From: the human T2T-CHM13v2.0 reference genome, Homo sapiens
Reading direction: 5' to 3' (one strand)
NCBI RefSeq assembly: GCF_009914755.1
Contig: NC_060929.1
Length of the DNA stretch: 64,000 bases
In this document: positions 41,346 to 53,575 of the stretch, in pieces
Layout: every line of letters begins with the position of its first letter
How positions within the stretch are numbered: the first letter of the stretch is position 1
Translations under genes and position numbers: made by a program
The notes under the pieces: model-generated
What the model saw: the letters and a program-made list of their open reading frames with translations, nothing else
What the model was told of the DNA's origin: nothing
Databases searched by the model: none

Positions 41346-41810
41346 TCAATAGAGACTATCTTTAATAAGAAAGTATATACTAACATACATGTTTCATTAT
41401 TATAAACCTAGAAGTTTTCAGTGCTGAATTAATGTATTTATCTGTCTAATAAATAAGAATAAAAAAAGCAAAACAAATGAAAATTTGGGAAAAAGTTATA
41501 GTAGCAAACCATGGGGTAAGCTAAAATATAGCATTATTCTGAGTGATTAATGGAGTGTAAGAAACAACTTAATGAAACCACAAAGCCAGTTCTTCAATGG
41601 ACAGGGAATTCAGGAAGCAGAGACTGATAATCTTAACACATGAGTAATTTTTCCATGTTTAATGTTGCCATAATCACTGCTAGCTTTAGGCATCCCCATG
41701 TAATTTGTGTATTTTATTTATTTTGCTTGGAGCTTAGCATTCCATTATTACTATTTTCTTGAAAACTCATCCTATCAGTAAGTTTATGCAATGCAGTGTT
41801 ATCATGCAAT

Positions 41811-42012
41811 GCCTGAACCACAGGCACACACAACCATGCCTGGCTAGTTTTTTGTATTTTTAGTAGAGATGGGGTTTCACCATGTTGCTGGGGCTGGTCT
41901 TGAACTTCTGAGCTGAAGCAATACATCTGCCTTGGCCTCCCAAAATGCTGGGATTACAGGTGTGAGCCACTGTGCCCAGCAATGGTGCCTTCTTGCTCTG
42001 TCCTCACATGGT
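41811..42012 (-). repeat. Local 202-bp duplicate of 37707-37908 (AluJ part plus MLT1A0 junction)
   Basis: Gapless manual alignment with 9 mismatches in 202 bp. Includes private Alu variants, the TSD and ~18 bp of MLT1A0 beyond it. Confidence 0.95.
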
Positions 42013-42113
42013 TTTGCCATGTTGTCCAGGCTGTTCTCGAACTTCTAGGTTCAAGCAATCTGCCTGCCTCAGCTTTCCAAAGTGCTGGGATTATAGGTGT
42101 GAGTCACCTCACA
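42010..42113 (-). mobile_element. AluJ left-arm remnant
   Basis: ggttttgccatgttgtccaggctg...ccaaagtgctgggattataggtgtgagtcacc. Confidence 0.85.
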
Positions 42114-42230
42114 GGTCTTTCTTCACTATCTTCAATAAAAGAAATTATTATGTTTTCAGGGGTTTTGTGTGTTTTTAACAAAATAGGGTGAGATATTTAT
42201 GGTTGGTTATGAGTTTGTTTAGACTCTTGC

Positions 42231-42367
42231 TTTTTTTTTTTTTTGAGACCTAGTCTTGCTATGTCGCCCTAGCTGGAGTGCAGTGGTGTGATCTCAGCTC
42301 ACTGCAACCTCCACCTCCCGAGTTCAAGCAATTCTCCTGGCTCAGCCTCCTGAGTAGCTGGGACTAC
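42231..42367 (-). mobile_element. AluS right-arm fragment
   Basis: Poly-T, then gagacc...ctcactgcaacctccacctccc...gtagctgggactac, ending abruptly. Confidence 0.9.
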
Positions 42368-42969
42368 TCAGAGCCCTTATCCCAGCTTTCCTATTTTGCT
42401 GCTCATGTTGAAATGCTTGTTATCCTTTGAGCTCTATGAAATAACCCAAGGAAATGGCTGGGTACCCACCTTTTTTAGGGCTCTAGATAGTTTACTTCAG
42501 TATGATTGTCATATGTTGATAAATCAAGTTATTTTACCTTGCTAGAGCCAGAATTTTAAAAATATAATCAAGCCTAAATAAGTCTTAGGAAATATTTGCA
42601 AAATATAACTAAAATATGTCTTTATAGGAGAAAAATGGATGACTTTTAAACAACTAAATATTAAGATGACAGTGCCGTTATTATAGTGGGTAGCAATGCA
42701 TTACATAAAATTGAGCTGTATATGAAATACAACATTAAAAATTTTTGTTTCTAATTTGAGTCCTAATTCGTCTGGGAAGTGAAAACAAATCCCAGTTAGT
42801 TCTGATTCTCTCACTCCTCCATTTTCACCTGAGTTGCATCTATATTCCAGGTTTTATCTAGTGCCATAGATGTGTTAGTATGGATATTTACAAGAGGAGA
42901 AGAGTTAAGCATTGACGAGATTCAATTAAGACCTTACAACCTGATCACAATTAAAAATATTTTTTTCCC

Positions 42970-43200
42970 TTGGGAGGCCAAGGCAGTCAGATTGCTTGAG
43001 CTCAGGAGTTCGAGACTAGCCTGGGCAACATGGTGAAACCCTCTCTCTACAAAAAATCAAAATAAAAATAGTTGGGCCTGGTGGCATGCATCTGTAGTCC
43101 TAGCTACTCAGGAGGCTGAAGCAGGAGGATCACTTGAGCCTAGGAGGTTGAGGCCACAGTGAGCCACGAGCGTGCCATTGCAAGACCCTGTCTCAAAAAA
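42970..43200 (+). mobile_element. AluJ, 5'-truncated with internal deletion
   Basis: ttgggaggccaaggc...gcaggaggatcacttgagcc...ccctgtctcaaaaaa. TSD-like aaaata(t/c)tttttccc on both sides. Confidence 0.92.
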
Positions 43201-44343
43201 GAAAATACTTTTTCCCTCCTCTTGCAGGTTGTCAAGACGTATTTTAAGTCAAAGAATAAAGTCAGTAAAGCCTCTCTTGGAAACCACATAAGCTTCTCAC
43301 ATGACCCCTTCTCCACCTTCACCCTCTCAGCACAGTAGGGGTGAGGAGGCCCTCTTACTGAGCAGCATTCAAAGACCTTATGCTTGGGCCAAGACTGTCC
43401 CCGTTTCCTGCTTCATCAAGCTCAGGACATTTACGCCAGTAACTCCTGGAAAGAGACTAGGATGCAGCAAAGTTAGTTCTAAGAGGGAAATTCACAATGA
43501 TAAATGCCTAAATTAAGAAAGAAAGATGTCAAATAAAAAACCTAACTGTATATCTCAAGGAACTAGAAAAAGAAAACAAATTAATCCCAAAGTCAGCAGA
43601 AGGAAGGAAATAATAAAGATTAAAACAGAAATGAACGAAACAGAGACTAGAAAAATAATAGAAAAGTTCAATAAAACTGAGGTGGTTTTTTGAAAAGATA
43701 AACAAAACTGACAAGCCTTTACGTAGACCAACTTAAGAAAAAAGAGAAGAGGCAAATAAAATTATAAATAAAAGAGGAAATATTATAACTGATATCACAG
43801 AAATACAAAGGATCATAAGAGACTACTATGAACAATTGTATGACAAAAAGTGGATAATCTAGACGTGATTGACAAATTTCTAAAAGCACACAACCTACCT
43901 ACCAACAGTGAATCATGAATAAATAAAGAGAAAATCTGAATAGACCAATAATGAGTAAGGAGATTGAATCAGTAATCAAAAAACTCCCAGAAAAGAAATG
44001 TGTAGGACCTGATGGCTTCACTGGTGAGTTCTACCAAACATTTAGGAAGAATTAACATGAATTATCCTCAAACTCTTTCAAAAAATTGAAGAGAAGGAAA
44101 CACTTTCAAACTGATTTGATGAGATCAGTGTTATCCTGATCCCAAAGCCAGATAAAGACACTACAAGAAAGGAAAATTACAGGCCAATATCCTTCATGAA
44201 CAGAGATGCAAAAATTATCAACAAAACACTAGCAAAACAAATTCAACAACACATTGAAAGAACCATAGACATGATTAAACAGGACTTATTTCTAGGATGC
44301 AAGAATGATTCAACATACACAATCTATAAATGTGATTAGCCAC

Positions 44344-44771
44344 TGTATTAGCTTGTTCTTGCATTGCTATAAAGAAATACCTGAGACAATAATTTATAAA
44401 GAAAAGAGGTTTAGTTGGTTCATGGTTCTGCAGCCTGTACAGGAAGCATGGTGGTGTCATACACTCAGCTTCTGGGAAGGCCTCAGGAAGCTTCAATTGT
44501 GGGGGAAGGTGAAGGGAGAGCAGACACATTACATGGTCAGAGCAGGAGCAAGAAAGAGAGAGAAAGAGAGGAGGTGCTACCACTTTTAAACAACCAGATT
44601 TCACATGAATTTACTCACTATCACAAGCACAGCACAAAAAAGATGGTGCTAAACCATTCATGAGAAATCCACCCCCATGATCCAGTGACCTGCCACCAGG
44701 CCCCACCTCCAACACTGGGAATTACAATTTGACATGAGATTTGGGTGAGGACACAGATCCAAACCATATCA
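44344..44771 (-). mobile_element. MSTA MaLR solo LTR
   Basis: tgtattag...ttgcattgctataaagaaatacctgagac...gatggtgctaaaccattcatgag...ccaaaccatatca, with TSD gccac/accac. Confidence 0.92.
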
Positions 44772-45362
44772 ACCACATTAACGGAATGAAGGATAAAAAT
44801 CGTATGATCATCTCAATAGATACAGCAAAGCATTTGGCAAACTTCAACATCCTTTCATGATAGAACCTTTCAACAAATTATGTACAGGAGAAATGTACCT
44901 CAAGATAATAAAAGCTATATATGACAAACACACAGCTAACATCAGACTCAATGGTGAAAAGCTGAAGGCCTTATCTCTAAGTTGATGAATAAGACAAGAA
45001 TGCCCACTCTAATCACTTGTATTTAATATAGTACCAGACGTCCTAGCCAGATAACTTAGGCAAGGGAAATAAATAAATGACATCCAAGATAGAATGAAAA
45101 AAATTTAAATTGTTTCTATTTGCAGATAATATGATCTTATATATAGAAAACTCTGAAGTCTCCACCAAAAAACTGTTAGAACCAATAAATTTAGTAAATG
45201 TACAAAATCAACGTTAAAAATCAGTAATGTTCTTGTACACTAACAAGGAAGTATCTAAAAGATAAATGAAGTATACAACTCTATTTACAATAGCCTCAAA
45301 ACCCTAAAGTTCTTAGGAATAAATTTATCCAAGGAGGTGAAAGACTGGTACATTGAAAACTG

Positions 45363-45636
45363 AAGGAGGTGATTAAGTCCTGAGGGCTCTGCCCTCTGAA
45401 TGAGATTAATGACTTTATAAAAGAGGCTTGTGGTAACCCTTTTCTCCTTCCCTCATGTGAGGACACAGTGAGAAAATGCCATCTTTGAAGCAGACAGCAA
45501 GCCCTCATTGGACACTGAACCTTCTGGTACCTTGATCTTAGATATGCCAGCCTTTAGAACCGTGAGAAATAAATTTTTGTGGCTTATAAATTACTTAGTC
45601 TAAAATATTTTGTTATAGCAGAATGAATGAACTAAG
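45363..45636 (+). mobile_element. MSTD/MLT1A-type LTR, 5'-deleted
   Basis: ggtgattaagtcctgagggc...atgtgaggacacagtgagaa...ccttgatctt...tattttgttatagcag...gaactaag. Confidence 0.85.
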
Positions 45637-45913
45637 TACTCAAAGCAATCTATAGATTTCTGTTGCAATCTCTATTAAAATTCAAGTGACATTTTTCACA
45701 GAAATAGAAAAACCCTAAAGTTTTTATTGAATCACTAAAGGCTCTGAATAGCCAAATTAATCTTGAGCAAGAAGAACAAAGCCGGAGGTATCATACTACT
45801 TGATTTCAAAATATTTTTAAAACTATAGTAATCAAAGCAGCATGGTACTGGCATTAAAAACAGACAAACTGAACATAATAGAGAGCCCAGAAATAAATCC
45901 ATGCCCTTATGGT

Positions 45914-46308
45914 TGCTACAGTTTGAGTGTGTCCCCTCCACAATTTACACTGAAATTTAATTTCTATTGTAGTGGTATTAAGAGGTGGTATAATTACTTC
46001 CTTTTGAGAAGTGATTAAGTTATGAGGGCTCCAGCCTCATGAATGGATTAGTGCTTTATAAAAGAGCTGGAGGAAACTAGGCCTTGATTTTCTTCCTCCA
46101 CGTAAGAAAACAGCAATCCTCCCTTTGCCCTTCTTCTGCCTTCTGCCATGTGAGGACACAGCAAGAAGGACCTCACCACACACCAAATGCTGGTGCCTTG
46201 ATCTTGGACTTCCCAGCCTCCAGAACTACAATAAATAAATTTCTGATTTTTAAAATAAATTGCTCAGTCTCAGATATTTAGTTATAGTAGCACACATGAA
46301 CTAAGACA
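45914..46308 (+). mobile_element. MSTC/MSTD-type MaLR solo LTR
   Basis: tgctacagtttgagtgtgtcccctcca...ccatgtgaggacacagcaagaagg...ctggtgccttgatcttggacttcccagcctccagaact...gaactaagaca. Confidence 0.88.
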
Positions 46309-46776
46309 ATAATCACTTGATCTTTGACAAAGGGGGAAAGAACACACAAGGGAAAAAGGGTAGTCTTTTCAATAAATAGTGTTGGAAAAACTGGATATCC
46401 ACATGCAAAATAATGAAATTGAACCCCTATCTTATACACAAAAATTAACTCAAAATAGATTAAAAACTTAAAAGAAAGACATGAAATTCTAAAACTGCTA
46501 GAAGAAAACAGAAAATAAACACCTTTCTTGACATTTTTCTGGGCAATGGTTTTTTAAATATTTCCCCAAAGCACAGGCAACAAATGCAAAAATAAATAAG
46601 ATTGGATCAAACTAAAAAACTTCTACACACAAGGGAAACAACCTAATGAAGTGATAACCTATGGAATGGGAGAATATATTTGCAAATGACACATCTGACA
46701 AAGGGTTAATACATAAAATATGTAAGAAATGCAAACAATTCAATAGCAAGAAAACAACCCCATTGAAAAATGGGCA

Positions 46777-47304
<528 letters not shown>

Positions 47305-48097
47305 AAAAATGGGCAGGGGGCCTGAATAGACATTTCTCAAGAGAAAACATACAAATGACCACCAGGAAGATGAAAAAAATGCTCAGTATTACTGATAATC
47401 AGGGAAATACAAATCAAAACCACAATGAGATACCACCTCACACCTGTTAGAATGGCTATGATGAAAAAGATAAAAGATAAACAATTACTAGCATAGATGT
47501 GGAGAACAGGGAACCCTTACGCACTATTGGTGGAAATGTAAATTATTGCAACCAGTGTGGAGATTCCTCAAAAAATTAAAAATAGAACAACCATAAGATC
47601 CAGCCAACCAACCTCTGGGTATATATCCAAAGGAAATGAAATTAATATGTCAAAGATATATTTGCACTCCATGTATATTGCAGCACCATTCACAACAGCC
47701 AAGATATGGAACCAAGCTAAGTGTCCATGGATGAGTGAATGGATAAAGAAAATGTGGAACACACCTCAGCCTGGAACACTGTTCAGCCTTACGAAAGAAA
47801 GAAATCCTGTCATTTGCAATAACATGGATAAATCTGAAGGAATTTCTGTTAAATGAGTAAGCCAGGCACAGAAAGACAAATACCACATGATCCCACTTAT
47901 GTGGAATTTAAACCCATGGAAAGAGAGAGTAGAATGGTGGTTTCCAGGGGCTGGGTGAGATTGGGGAGGATGGAGAGGTATTGGTCCAAAGGTATAAACT
48001 TTCAGTTACATGGGATGAATAAGTTCTGAAAAACTTTGTATAGCACAAAACACAATTTATTGTATACTTGAATATACCTAAGGGAGTAGATCTTACA

Positions 48098-48452
48098 TTT
48101 TTAATTTTTCCCAGCTTTATTATGGTATAACTGACAAATAAAAATTGAATATATTTACTGTGTACAGAGTGATGCTTTGATATACATATACATTGTGAAA
48201 TAATTAACACAAACCAGCTAATTAACCTATCTGTTACCTCACGGTTACTTTTTTTTTTTTTTTGGTAAGTGGTGAGAATATTTAAGATCTACTGTCTTAC
48301 AAATTTCAAGTATATGACACAGTATTATGAACTACAGTCACCACACTGTACATTAGATCCTCAGAACTTGTTCACCTTCTAAATGGAAGTTTGTACCCTT
48401 TGACCCAATTTCTCCCTCCACGCAGCCCCTGGCAACCACCATTCTAATTCTG
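48098..48452 (-). mobile_element. L1MA8/9-type 3' end inserted antisense into the host L1 3' UTR
   Basis: cagctttattatggtataactgacaaataaaaattg...cattagatcctcagaactt...cccctggcaaccaccattcta. TSD-like agtagatcttac / agtagactttaa. Confidence 0.85.
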
Positions 48453-48889
48453 ACAGTAGACTTTAATGTTCTGACAACATACACACAGAAAATGATAACT
48501 ATGTGAGGTGATGTATATGTTAATTGGCTTGATTGTGGGAATCTTTTCACAATGTATACCTATATGAAGACACCACATTGTACACTGAAAATACATACCT
48601 CAATAAAGAAAAAAGTAACAAGAAATGAAAAAAATAATAAAGCAACGAAAAAACCCTCAAAGACCTCATGCTGTTTGAAAGAGACAAGAAACTAGGCAGG
48701 CCTCTGTGTGCAAGCCCAGGCTCTGCCCTTTTCCCTGTTAGTTTTCACCCCTTCCTTCCTTTAAATCCTTCTTTTCCCCAACGCTTTGGACTCAAATAAC
48801 TATTAGGAGGAGAGAAGTGAAAATAAACTAACATGTGTAGAGCATGTACTGTACACCAGATGTTAGACTTTATTCTCCATTGTTTATGT

Positions 48890-49602
48890 TCTCCAACCCA
48901 TCATCGAATCCTGTCCCTTTAACCTTCACAGTATCTCCAGAATCCAGACACTGTTCCCCATCTTCCTGCTACCACCCTGGACCAAGCCACTAGCACCTCC
49001 CTCTCAGATTACTGCCTTGACCTTCTAAGTGGACCCTGCTTCTGGTCTTGCCTTTACAGTTTCATCGTAGCATGAGAGCCAGTGATTCCCTCACAAAGTC
49101 ATACCATATCCTGCCTCTGCTTAGAACTTCCAGAGCTCCATTCTTTTGCAGAGTAAAACCCAAAGCCCTTACATTAACCTTCAAGGCCCTACAAGATCTG
49201 CAACCTACTTATTTATCTGACTTCATCCCCCACCTCTCCCTTCCTGTTCCACTCTGATCTAGCCATCCTGGTATCTTCATTGTTGTGTGAAAATGCAAAC
49301 ACGTTCCTGACTCAGAGCCTTTGTAACTGAGGTTCCAGCTGCCAGAAAGACTGCCCCATCAAATATATGCATGAACAGGTAGAGGTCATTGCTAATCACC
49401 TTCTATAAAAAATGCAATGCTCTACCGCACTTACCATCAGGCAACCATTTATTTATTTGCTGTTGTCTGTCTCCTTGAACCCTATCTTGCCTCTATTGTC
49501 TTTTCCAAGAGGGCTGGGATGTTTTGTGCACTGCTGTGGCCCCAGCTCCTGGAAAAGTGGTTGGCATCAAGTAGGTCTGAATACATGTTTATGGAATGAA
49601 TC
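48890..49602 (+). mobile_element. L2a 3' region
   Basis: ctgctaccaccctggaccaagccac...cagagtaaaacccaaagcccttaca...ttcaaggccctaca...ggaatgaat tail. Confidence 0.8.
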
Positions 49603-49898
49603 AGTGAATTGGCACAACAATTGGTGAAGATAAATACTTTCTCCTGTTTCTACAAATGGGGTCAATGCTGCTCAGAATGACAAAGTAATTTATGAATACT
49701 CAGCTTCTAAGAGGTGGAAACAGAAACAGACCCCAGGAAGGTTTTCTAGTCAACATAGAAAGAAACCAGGAGAATAGTTATAAAGTGGTCTTGCAGATAA
49801 ATAATTTATTATTAAACTATCTTTCCTAACATTGAGATTAGTTTAAAGAGGTTACTTAGAAACAGGCAGTGTCTTATTTCAGGGTAATTGCTAACTGT

Positions 49899-50007
49899 TT
49901 CTGGAAACACTCTCCAAGACAGACCAGAAATAATGTTTAACAGACCAGAAATAATATCTGGGCACCCTGTGGCCCAGTCAAATTGATACATAAAATTAAT
50001 CACCACA
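49899..50007 (-). mobile_element. MLT2 LTR 5'-end fragment
   Basis: ccagaaataatgttt...atctgggcaccctgtggcccagtcaaattgatacataaaattaatcaccaca. Confidence 0.8.
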
Positions 50008-50055
50008 TCACTCTAGGTCACAGAAAGGCAGGTAGAAAAGAAGGGAATAGCAGGT

Positions 50056-50185
50056 GTTTTGTTTTGTTTTGTTTTGCCTGCCTGCCTTCCTTCCTTCCTT
50101 CCTTTTTTCCTTCCTTCCTTCCTCTCTCTTCTCTCCCTTCCCTTCCCTTCCCTTTCCTTTTTCCTTTCTTTCCTCTTTTTCTCAA
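50056..50185. repeat. (GTTTT)n / (CCTG)n / (CCTT)n / (CCCTT)n polypyrimidine tract
   Basis: Read directly from the sequence. Confidence 0.9.
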
Positions 50186-50749
50186 TCGCCCACCCCTCCT
50201 TTCCCCGCCTATTTCTTAGTTTTCTTTCCTCTCCTCACCATTATGCTTTCTTCCATTCTCCCACCTTGGGTTTAACCTACTGGGCCCCGACTTCCTCGAA
50301 AGACTTTCTCTTTGAAACTTTTCTTACCACTTGTGATTAGAGCTTCACTTTTAACTCTGTTTCCCCTTCTCTAAATCATTCTCCTCTCACTCCCCTACTC
50401 TATCCCCTTGGAAGCTCCTTCTCCATCTGAACACATGAGAAGTTATACAACTGTAAATGAAATAGATAGAATGGGAAGAGAATTTAGGTCTGGGCGAAAC
50501 TTGAATAGGAGTAAGGGAGAAGTAATGGGGTCGACCTGTCTTGCTAATTCTTCCTCTCTGCTTTGTTCACTCCATCTACTCTGAGGCATAAACGTCAACC
50601 CCTGGGATTTACAAAGGGTAAACTAGATGCCCACACAGAGTAAATGTAGGCAGTAGAAAACATGTTGAATGATGATAGGAAAGATCATGTACCCATGGTG
50701 CAACATTTTGAGTGATTCTAATTTTAGCATTTTATATTGATTTTCATTT

Positions 50750-51060
50750 ATTTTTAAATTATTTTAAATTTTTATTTTTAGAGACAGGGTCTTTCTCTGT
50801 CACCCAGGCTGGAGTGTCGTGATGCAACCATAGCTGACTGTGACCTCGAACTCCTGGGCTCAAGGGATCCTCCACTTCAGCCTCCCAAGTAGCAGGGACT
50901 ATGGGTGCGTGCCACCATGCCTAGCTAATTTCATAAATTTTTGGTAGATGGGGGTCTTGCTATATTGCTCGGGGTGGTCTTGAACTCCTAAGCTCAAATG
51001 GCCCTTTTGCCTTGGCCTCCCAAAATGCTGGGATTACAGGCATGAGCGCTGTGTCCAGAC
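50750..51060 (-). mobile_element. AluJ (Jo/Jr-like)
   Basis: gagacagggtct...catagct...ctcgaactcctgggctcaaggga...ggtcttgctatattgc...gggattacaggcatgagc. Confidence 0.92.
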
Positions 51061-51134
51061 AGTTTAAATTAAATTAAATTTAGTTAAAATAAATTTTATT
51101 TTTCTGTTTTCCGGTTCTTTCTCAGAGCATGTAT

Positions 51135-51390
51135 TTTTTAACAGGAAAAATGCTTATGTTGTATTGCTAAGTAAAAATAAAAATTTAGCATTAAATACAA
51201 TCTAGCTACAAATATATAAAAATTATAGCAGGAAAATAAAATAGAAAGGGAACATACCAGCTTGTTAAGGGTGATTGTGTTTGAATGGTGGTTCTAAGAC
51301 TTACGTGGATATTGGGGAATATTGTTGCTAGTGTTGTATTGTCCAATTTTGTTCAAATGTGCATGTTTCATTTTTATATAGAAAATATAA
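51135..51390 (+). mobile_element. L1ME 3'-end fragment
   Basis: aaatgcttatg...ttgctaagtaaaaa...gaaagggaacataccag...tgcatgtttcatttttata. Confidence 0.5.
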
Positions 51391-51910
51391 AGCATACTTC
51401 ACTAAAATGATGTCTTTTCTCTCCATTTTTATTAATGTCTTGGGTCCCCAAAAAGCCAATATAAATTATAAAGAGGGCTTATAAGCAACATTCCTTGCTT
51501 CTTAGTTATTTTCATTTGAAAAAGGCGTACATTTAATTAAAATGCTATATGAAATATAATTTTACTAGTCTTTCTCTTCCATAAAACAGCACCATGTAGC
51601 ACTGTAAAAAGAATATTAGACAAGAGTTAGGCAATTTAAATCTCAGTTCTGTATCTACCCCCAGTGACCTTAAACAAAACAGCTTCCTCCCCACTTCAGT
51701 TTCCCAATATATGATCCTGAGTGGATTGGGCCAGCTGGTGCCTTCTAGTTCTTCCTGCCTGTAGAATATCCTTGCAGCACCCTCTCTTCTTCTGGGGCAT
51801 TGTAACTAACTTCCCTGCTATCTCTCCTGCCTCTCTTCTCTCTAAGAGGACATAGTGACAATGGTCTAAGATATCGCAGCCTCGGGGATTTTAGCAAAAT
51901 GTGAGAAATA

Positions 51911-52174
51911 TTTTTTAATTTTTATTTTTCATGAGTACATATTAGGAGTATATATTTAGGGAATACATATAATATTTTGACACAGGAATGCAATGCATAA
52001 TAATCACATCAGGGTAAATGGGGTATCCATCACCTGAAGCATTTATCCTTTGTGTTACAAACAATACACTTACGCCTTTTATTTCAAATGACAATAAATT
52101 TATTATTGACTACAGTTACCCAGGTATGCTATCAGATACTAGTTCTTATTCATTCTGTTTTTTGTACCCATTAA
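51911..52174 (-). mobile_element. L1MA2/3-type 3' end
   Basis: atgcaatgcataataatcacatcagggtaaatggggtatccatcacctgaagcatttatcctttgtgttacaaacaat...tttttgtacccattaa. Confidence 0.88.
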
Positions 52175-52572
52175 AAAATTTTTAAATAAGCAAGATTACA
52201 CGAGGTGAGTTTTGTGACAGATCTAAACCTGTGATACAACTATATTTTTGCCCATGCATATAGCACCATTCCCCTAGTGCTGCTTTTCCAACTTTGAGAA
52301 CCAAAGGTACTATAAAGCTCAGCAATATGTTCTAAAGAAATCATTTCCTAGCCCATCTACAAAATGATTGGCCATGAATGGAAACAGTAGTATTATACAT
52401 TTACTTTTACTTCCAGGGGACATTTGATGGAATTCTACAGGAAGAGTCTTGGTGCTGGAGAATGTTCTAAGAGCATAATGCAAGCAGATAGTGACTCTTC
52501 TAAGCTAACATGGTTGAAAGAAAACCCTGGTACACTCCTGATGAGGCCACTCGGCCTTTTGAGGCTTTTTCT

Positions 52573-53099
52573 TGTGAAAGTTTACTCTGTTAGGTTGGTG
52601 CAAAAGTAATTGCGGTTTTTACAATTAAAAGTAATATAGTAATTAAATTAATTAATATGAATTGGGTCATTCTTGTCATACTCAACTAAATCAGAGTCGA
52701 GAGGCCAGGGGTGAAAAGTACTTGGGCACACAGCATCTGCTCCTAAGAGTTAAATTATCCACAAGCCCAGCTGCTGAAATGGCCTGCTGTACCCCCTAAG
52801 ACCAGTTCTAACTAGCAGCTGCTGACATGGCCTGCTGTGATTCTAAACTAGTTTTACCTACTGCTGTCACTCACCAATCAGAGCTTGCCAGCTCCCAAGA
52901 GCTTCTCTAGTGCCAATGAGCTTGCTTTCAAAACAACAAGTAACGTTTCTCCTTCTAATAAAACCCTCAACCTTTCCTTTGTTCTTCAGACATACTGAAG
53001 ACCACCTGGTCTGTGTGCATGCCCTAATTTGCAATTCTTGCTTCCCAAATAAAACATTAAATTTGAAGACTATCTTAATATTTTATTTTGATTTTGACA
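52573..53099 (+). mobile_element. ERV1 solo LTR (LTR54-like)
   Basis: Starts tgtgaaag. Internal aattgggtcattcttgtca...cactcaccaatcagagcttgccagctccc...cccaaataaaac. Ends ttttgaca. Confidence 0.75.
52590..52635. mobile_element. MADE1 (Hsmar1-derived MITE), one arm only
   Basis: ttaggttggtgcaaaagtaattgcggttttt is the Hsmar1/MADE1 TIR. The second TIR is absent. Confidence 0.9.
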
Positions 53100-53304
53100 C
53101 TCCATTTGCCTTATTTGTCTAGCCAGTTTAACTACTGCTACTAGACATGGATGTACACCTGTTGAAAGCACAGAACATGCAAACCATGGAGCAGAAGGAA
53201 GACTGGAATTTTGAAACTGTGTAGCTGGTTTGCATATCTGTAAGAAAAGAGTTTGTTGCTGCTGAGACGGTCCAGGAAATAGAAGAGCAGGGCAAATGAT
53301 AATA

Positions 53305-53575
53305 TTATTGATGATGGTGATAATAGCGGCTCTTAGTGAGCACTTCCTGTGTTCTAAGCATTGCTCTAAAAATGTTGAAGGTTTTGTGTTATTTAATCCT
53401 CATGATGGATTGTCTTATGAGTAAGGTGTCACTGTTATCTCTATTTGTCTGAGGAGAAGACATAGGGAGGATAAATAACTTGCTCGAGGTCATATGAGTA
53501 GTAAATAGAAAAATTGGGGTCATACTCAGATGAGTGTGACTCTAGAACATGTGCTCTTAGCCACATGACTATTCC
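53305..53575 (-). mobile_element. MIR SINE
   Basis: tgagcacttcctgtgttctaagcattgctcta...atttaatcctca...taaataacttgctcgaggtca...tgtgactctaga. Confidence 0.8.

Noticed and set aside
45329-45372. Repeated aaggaggtga near the L1/LTR junction
   Set aside because: Both the L1 and the MaLR consensus contain a similar word. A single deletion removing the adjoining L1 and the LTR 5' end explains the junction.
49983-50340. Three overlapping F/L/P/S-rich ORFs
   Set aside because: They result from the polypyrimidine simple repeat, which lacks stop codons.
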